A stretch of 29,359 nt of DNA, from the NCBI GenBank assembly GCA_003225655.1, contig QIAW01000124.1, positions 1-29,359 on the forward strand, given 5' to 3'. Shown here piece after piece: positions 24,181-29,359 of this stretch. Origin of the DNA: Acidobacteriota bacterium. Its GTDB lineage: Bacteria > Acidobacteriota > Terriglobia > Terriglobales > Acidobacteriaceae. Numbering within the stretch: position 1 is the stretch's first letter; the number at the start of each line of letters is the position of its first letter. The notes under the pieces were generated by a model. That model saw nothing but the letters and a program-made list of their open reading frames with translations, was not told the origin of the DNA and made no database searches. Position numbers and translations under genes: made by a program.

Positions 24181-24747
24181 TTATCGGTCATCCCGATCGT
24201 GATGGCCAAGATCACTCGAGTGGACCTGTCCACGAATTTCGCCGCCTGGGGAGCGGGTCGAGTGAACGTTAACGTAAGCTGCTCCTTCGTGAATTGCATC
24301 GATCAGCTTGGCAAAGTCCATCGCCGGCGTAATGCCTTGGGCGTTGGGCCCGACGACATTAGCAGCGGTAACAGTGCCGGTCACGGTCCCGGAAGTAGTA
24401 TCTGGGCACGCTGGGGGGCTGGGGAAGCCGGCTGGAGGACCACCGGGAGCGCCGGCAGCAGGACCGCACAGGAATACCACCACTCCGCCATTTTCTTTGG
24501 GGAAAGCAAAGTGGATGTGTGAAACCAGCACCTGGGCGTTCAGATTGGCATAGGTCAGCGTATAAGTGATGCTCATACCATCGGCGCTGATGAGCCCGGC
24601 GAACGAGCCCGTCGCTGCCGAAGCAACTGGAGGCACTTCACCCAAGCCTCGTAGCCTGGCTTTGAGGACCACGTCATCCTTATCGGCTGCCACGCACAGA
24701 GCGCTTAGGCAGAATATGCAGAGTACAGCTAACACAAATTTCTTCAT
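24181..24747 (-). CDS. Secreted CHRD domain protein
   Basis: Signal peptide, LRGLGEVPP, SHIHF, YVNVHSTRSPGGEIRGQV; AGGAG RBS. Confidence 0.9.
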   Translation of the reverse strand: MKKFVLAVLCIFCLSALCVAADKDDVVLKARLRGLGEVPPVASAATGSFAGLISADGMSITYTLTYANLNAQVLVSHIHFAFPKENGGVVVFLCGPAAGAPGGPPAGFPSPPACPDTTSGTVTGTVTAANVVGPNAQGITPAMDFAKLIDAIHEGAAYVNVHSTRSPGGEIRGQVHSSDLGHHDRDDR

Positions 24748-25059
24748 CTTGGATTCTCCTCGGTGACAAAGTTTGGAAACTACGTTGAACTAGATTCGTT
24801 CTCATGCAGTAACTTGCAGTAGAACTACCTCAAATCTCTTCGACGATGAGAGGGTTAAGAGACAGCAAGTATAAGCCGCATTTCAGTTGTCGATGCGGCT
24901 AAAAAAGTATAAAAAAGGCAAGTTCTCGGATTTGTCTCCGGAATGTAAAATCTTTGTTAAACGGTGTTAATCGGCTTTCTTCGGGGAATTGAGGCGATTT
25001 TATTTATTGAAACACAAGTATCATTACGCGAGCGCGTCCCCCGGCGTGCGCCTGCCGGA

Positions 25060-27273
25060 TTACGGGATAAATGCCAGATCTTCAGGCAACGGCGGCACAA
25101 TCGGAGTTTCAAAGAGAGGCCCTGCCCCATCAGGATCAAGCGTTAGGGTTCCATCCGTGGCAAGGAACGTTGCAATCTGTCTTTGGGCCTCGATCGCGGT
25201 TCCAGCCACAGGAAGTGGCGCTGCCACATTGGTAAGAAACGAGTGCGGGTTTTTGGGGAATCCGGCTCCCAAGCCAAAGGCAATATCATTGCGAAACAAT
25301 GTGGTTCGGTCCGCCAGATCGCCGGAGCGAATGATCGCCGTGGTGGTCGGATTGGGCACAGTTTCGTCGCCGCGGGCAAACTGAAGCAGGATGCCTTTTT
25401 GATGCTCGCCGGGAAGCGGTGATTTCCTGATAAACGGCGCCCATGCCACCGGATCGCCGGCCTGCGCCATCCATTCGCTGCTATCGAAGAAGGACTGGAT
25501 GGCCATGGCGCCCGCCACGTTGTTGATCAGCGGCGGTTGATTGCGTAAGGGCTCATTCTCGTTAAAGGCGAGGCCGCCAACGTTGATCAACGAAGGCACA
25601 TGTGTGGCCAGCAGCATCCCCGCGAGCGGACGGAAGGTCGGGCTCAGGCTTGATATCTCGCCAAACGAGCCTCCGGGAACATTGACCGCTCCAGCACGGA
25701 CGTCGGGCTCGATACCCAGGAAAACTGTGCCGCAGATGCCCCCGAGCGATTGCCCGAAGAAGTAGATGCGTGAGGGATCCAGCGCCACCGAGCCATTGCC
25801 ATCAACATCCATTCCACCCTGGATGGCGCGTACGAGCTGCATCAGGTCGGCCACGGTTTGCTGCACGCCATCGCGTGCAGCCAGGCTGCTGCGCGGCGGC
25901 GCCGTGAGAAAGCCTTCAATGGCCTCGATTTTGCCGTCGCCATTCTGGTCAACTCCGCGTCCTCCGGCGGGCAGAATCACCACACTCCCATTCTGCTCGA
26001 CCACCGTCAATGCACTGAGCGGGCCAAAGCCATGGCCGACCGTATTGATGGTAATGGTTGCAACGCCGCCAGCCGCCATGACGGAAGCGACAGCGAAGGG
26101 GCTGTTGTTCTTGTTGTCGCCAAAGCCGTGGCTGAAGATGGCGACCGGCCATCCCTGTGCGGGCCGTGGCCCGGCGGGAAGAAACACGTTGAAATAGAGG
26201 TCTTGCGTGCTCTGTACTGCAGGCACGCCGGTGCGCGTGGGAACAGCGGGAATAAACCCGCCTGCCGCTTCAAAGTTGAGCGCGCGGAATTTACCAAAAG
26301 CGACTGCGCCCACGGAAGGAAATATTTGTAGTGCCGGGGTCGGTACCGGGACCGTCTGGAAGGTGGGCGCCGTCGTCACCTCCTGCTGGAAGAGAATTCC
26401 CCGGAGCGAGACGACAGGGAAGACCGTGCGCTCACCTTGCAGGCCGAGATTGAAGTTGGCGACGGGAGCCGGGGCGGCCTTGATGTGGTCGCGAATTTTT
26501 TCCAGAGTCGCGGTTACGCTTTCCGTGGTAAACAGGCTGGCCACCGCAATATCTTTGCGCCGGAGCTTCCGCGATACGCCAATTGCAATTTGCCTTAGAA
26601 CATCGTGCTTCAGCAGGCGTGCGAGAATTTGCCGATACAACCTCACCTGTGCATCTCGGCCGCGGCCGAGATCGAAGTCTTTGCTTTCATCTTCATGCAG
26701 CCGCTCGAAACTCTCCGCAGGTTCTATGGGTTCGCCTGTGGCGTCATGAACGGCGGTAGTGACCAGCAGCAGGTAGTTGGCGTGCTGGTCAAGATGCTCA
26801 TCTGACTCGACGTGGAGTGTGAACGTGGCTGGGTCCCAAACGATCTGATTGATGCCAATGGGACGCAAACGGGCGTCATCAGGGTCGAGAATGTTGCCAA
26901 TCCTGACCAGGAAAACCGTGTTGCTGTTGACCGTGCTGACATCAATGGCGCCGTCAAAGGGGATGGAAATCCTGGGCTGAGGATTGAAGCCGTCAAGCTG
27001 GTTCAACAACCCGGTATCAATGCAGTCGGAAGGATTGGTCGCGCAGTTGGGTAATGGCAGATTGACCCGCAGCAAGGTGTTCTGCGCAAAATCGAATACG
27101 GTAAAACGGTCGCTGGGGAAAGGCGATTGCGAGGGCGATTGCAGGTTAAACAACGGGTGCACGTCGCCCGCGGCGGCCAAGACCGGCAGAAGCAGGGCAG
27201 CAACAATCGCCAGGACCATTGCAGTGCGTTTGGAAAGAAAATTTCTGGTCAAAAAAAACTGCTTTATGGTCAT
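25060..27273 (-). CDS. Secreted Ig-like domain plus alpha/beta hydrolase, lipase-like (737 aa)
   Basis: Signal peptide after ATG 27273 (CAGGAGG RBS), LDGFNPQPRISIPFDGAIDVSTVN N-terminal domain, PVAIFSHG, nucleophile YFFGQSLGG, ARGDETVPN, NPHSFL. Confidence 0.8.
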   Translation of the reverse strand: MTIKQFFLTRNFLSKRTAMVLAIVAALLLPVLAAAGDVHPLFNLQSPSQSPFPSDRFTVFDFAQNTLLRVNLPLPNCATNPSDCIDTGLLNQLDGFNPQPRISIPFDGAIDVSTVNSNTVFLVRIGNILDPDDARLRPIGINQIVWDPATFTLHVESDEHLDQHANYLLLVTTAVHDATGEPIEPAESFERLHEDESKDFDLGRGRDAQVRLYRQILARLLKHDVLRQIAIGVSRKLRRKDIAVASLFTTESVTATLEKIRDHIKAAPAPVANFNLGLQGERTVFPVVSLRGILFQQEVTTAPTFQTVPVPTPALQIFPSVGAVAFGKFRALNFEAAGGFIPAVPTRTGVPAVQSTQDLYFNVFLPAGPRPAQGWPVAIFSHGFGDNKNNSPFAVASVMAAGGVATITINTVGHGFGPLSALTVVEQNGSVVILPAGGRGVDQNGDGKIEAIEGFLTAPPRSSLAARDGVQQTVADLMQLVRAIQGGMDVDGNGSVALDPSRIYFFGQSLGGICGTVFLGIEPDVRAGAVNVPGGSFGEISSLSPTFRPLAGMLLATHVPSLINVGGLAFNENEPLRNQPPLINNVAGAMAIQSFFDSSEWMAQAGDPVAWAPFIRKSPLPGEHQKGILLQFARGDETVPNPTTTAIIRSGDLADRTTLFRNDIAFGLGAGFPKNPHSFLTNVAAPLPVAGTAIEAQRQIATFLATDGTLTLDPDGAGPLFETPIVPPLPEDLAFIP

Positions 27274-27433
27274 GACATCCTCCTGATCGGTCCTCAAGCC
27301 CCGGAAAACATAGACCGTGGTCGGAGAGATGTCAATCAGAATAACTGGCATTCAGCATTATTGGTCCCTGCATTACTTATTGATTTCTGCATTAACAATT
27401 CCTGCTCGCGCCGCTTGCGGTGCACGGTGGGAG

Positions 27434-27487
27434 CCCCGGCCTTCAGGCCGGGGAATAAGGATTCGTAGAGTTTTGGGCTTTAAGCCC
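27434..27487. repeat. Pair of GC-rich palindromes (REP- or IS200/IS605-end-like)
   Basis: CCCCGGCC-TTCA-GGCCGGGG (27434-27453) and GGGCT-TTA-AGCCC (27475-27487). Confidence 0.55.
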
Positions 27488-27562
27488 CGGTCCCAATGAG
27501 TAGGGCAGTATTTGTACTTATGCAGGCATCAATAGCCGAAACGCTATGGATTGTTTGAAATT

Positions 27563-29359
27563 CTACTGGCGCACCAGCAAAGCGAGTCGCGGAAAAAGGA
27601 AGTGCCCGGAGGCATCGTCGATGACATTGATCTGGCAGGTATAGAAGCCGGGCTTCAACTCGGTCAGAGGGACATCGAGCTGGAAGACGCTGGCGTGGCG
27701 ATTAGGCACATTGATTTCCTTGGCTTCGACCAGCGGGGTCTCATAGGCCTTTGTCTTCCCGTGAAAAAAGGCAACATTGGTCAGAACGTGGATCGCGGCT
27801 TTGTTCCCAGGCGCTTTGCTGTTCGTTGCCTGGGTGTTTGGCGATGGGCCGTTCCCCGCCGCTTTGCCGGCTGGACCATTTCCGGCGGTGCTATTGCTGT
27901 TCGTGTCTCGCGCGGGATCGTAAACCTCATAATAAAAATACAAATGCTGGCCCGAGGAGAATACATGGGTCACATTCGGGATCAGCTCCGATCCATCGCG
28001 CACCAGGGGATTATCGCCTTTTCGGTTCGAGGGTTGAATCTGGCTGGCAAGCACGACCGAGCTCATCTTCAGCGGAGTGGTTTTCATATCGGGAATCACC
28101 AGGTCGGTTTCGAACGAGCCCATCTGGCCGCTCTGATTTTCACGAACCACCAGCTTGAGATGATATTTGCCTGGTGGCAGCAGCAAGCCGGCATCATATT
28201 GCACGTTCTTGCGCTGCACCTCGGCGGAGGTGTTTAACGCCAGCTTGACCGTATCGCGCACCCGGCTGACGGCCTGTTTGCTTTCATCGAGCACGACTCC
28301 AATCACGTCCAGGGTGGCTTTGTCCTGTTCGCCGTTGCGGGTAAAAGGAATCGCCGAGCCCGGCACCACAACCGAGAGCGGAACAAAAAACTTGTTGTCC
28401 GAGAGCCGGAAATATCCCGTGGAAAGATAAACCGGCAGGTCGGTGCTGGGCAGCTCAGAAGAGAGCTCTTCCTCCAATTGCCGCTCGCGATCATCACGTG
28501 TTGCATGTTGAAAATCTGCCGGCGCGTAGTAGCCGCGACGATATTCCAGCTTCAATCCCGGGCGGTTGATCTGCACGGCAATGTGGCGATAGCGCCCATC
28601 GCGGGCCGGATTGCTGCTGTGATACCCCAGCACGTAGTAGGTGGAAGTATCTTCCTGCACACCGCGGAAGATCTTGCTGAAGTCGTTGGAATCGAGGAAC
28701 GCCCGTCCGCCGGTATCGCCGGCCAGCGTGACCAGGGTCTCCTGGTTGGAAAAATTGGCGTTGTATTGGTTCAAGGTCGCCCGTCCCGAGTAGGCCGAAG
28801 TGCCGCGCAAGCTGGCCGACTGCGCTTCGCCTCCAGGCACCATCGCCTGCAGCCCGCGTATATCGAGAGTGTAGATAGAAAGATTAGCGCGTACCGCGGC
28901 GTTGACCGCTGCGCGCAGCTCCGACTGGTTCTCAACGCCGGTGCGATTCATTCCGCTGGAAAAGTAAATCAGCGATTTTTTCTGGTCTACGCGCGAAAGC
29001 TGTTCGCCAATGGAGCGCAACGCTTCCAACCGGCGATCTGTATTAAAGATGTTGTATTCGGTGTCGTCTGGCGTGAACGCCTGGCCGGTATCCGGGGTGC
29101 CTTCGGTCGCGCCGGCGGCCCCCTCTTCAAAGCCCTGGCCAGCTCCTGTATTGAATGCGTGCAAAGTTTTTTGTAAAAGATCGTGGTCCGAGGTGAAATC
29201 CTGGTTCACCAGCAGCTCGCTTCCCAGCGAGACTACGGAAACCAGGTCAGCCGGTTGCATTTGCTTGCTCACGTAGTTCTCCGCGGCCTTGGCCGCGCGG
29301 TCCATCTCATCGGGCTGCATGGAAGTGAGATCGAAGAAAAGGATGATCAGTCGGTGGTC
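27563..29359 (-). CDS. VWA domain protein (Acidobacteria-type), 5' partial
   Basis: Frame open to the window end (DHRLIILFFDLTSMQP, MIDAS-like); QKKSLIYFSSG, LSIYTLD, LAGDTGGRAFLDSND, YYVLGY, DGRYRHI, YRRGYYAP. Confidence 0.9.
   Translation of the reverse strand, partial: DHRLIILFFDLTSMQPDEMDRAAKAAENYVSKQMQPADLVSVVSLGSELLVNQDFTSDHDLLQKTLHAFNTGAGQGFEEGAAGATEGTPDTGQAFTPDDTEYNIFNTDRRLEALRSIGEQLSRVDQKKSLIYFSSGMNRTGVENQSELRAAVNAAVRANLSIYTLDIRGLQAMVPGGEAQSASLRGTSAYSGRATLNQYNANFSNQETLVTLAGDTGGRAFLDSNDFSKIFRGVQEDTSTYYVLGYHSSNPARDGRYRHIAVQINRPGLKLEYRRGYYAPADFQHATRDDRERQLEEELSSELPSTDLPVYLSTGYFRLSDNKFFVPLSVVVPGSAIPFTRNGEQDKATLDVIGVVLDESKQAVSRVRDTVKLALNTSAEVQRKNVQYDAGLLLPPGKYHLKLVVRENQSGQMGSFETDLVIPDMKTTPLKMSSVVLASQIQPSNRKGDNPLVRDGSELIPNVTHVFSSGQHLYFYYEVYDPARDTNSNSTAGNGPAGKAAGNGPSPNTQATNSKAPGNKAAIHVLTNVAFFHGKTKAYETPLVEAKEINVPNRHASVFQLDVPLTELKPGFYTCQINVIDDASGHFLFPRLALLVRQ

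Noticed and set aside
24874-24900. AGCCGCAT/ATGCGGCT inverted repeat as a terminator for the lipase gene
   Set aside because: The loop is 11 nt, the T-tract precedes rather than follows the stem on the transcribed strand, and it lies about 160 bp from the stop.
9454-27351. Longer N-termini given by the ORF track (antiporter 9528, amt1 11891, glnK 14105, regulator 17822, kinase 19196, lipase 27351)
   Set aside because: The extensions overlap upstream genes or promoters; downstream starts have RBSs or translational coupling and coincide with the beginning of the domain or signal peptide.

Overview
Chromosomal segment, probably from an Acidobacteriota (Terriglobia-like) bacterium. This is an inference from the Acidobacteria-type VWA protein, the carboxypeptidase-regulatory/TPR proteins and the gene style. 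The flanks hold housekeeping and envelope genes: TPR proteins, a zinc-ribbon PspC protein, a hydrolase, aroA, an outer-membrane barrel, an ABC exporter, YihY, tRNA-Lys(UUU), cimA, an Sfp-type PPTase, a CHRD protein, a secreted lipase-like protein and a VWA protein. The centre (about 7.7-19.1 kb, minus strand) is a nitrogen/ammonium locus: a broken PAS histidine kinase, a FixJ-type regulator, a GAF-ANTAR protein, and two apparent transcription units each carrying an Amt transporter. Each unit starts with a near-identical 54-bp palindromic promoter block and an identically spaced three-hairpin leader resembling an ANTAR target. Each ends with a paralogous small membrane protein of unknown family. 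The GAF domain resembles the glutamine/2-oxoglutarate-sensing GAF of EI-Ntr (PtsP), so the best candidate new system is a one-component, nitrogen-sensing RNA-antitermination regulon for ammonium uptake. Other notable items are a 95-bp integrase-less insert at the tRNA-Lys 3' end with a 24-bp duplication, and four apparent short deletions in conserved genes, which may be real decay or assembly artefacts. No database searches were run; family calls come from motif recognition.
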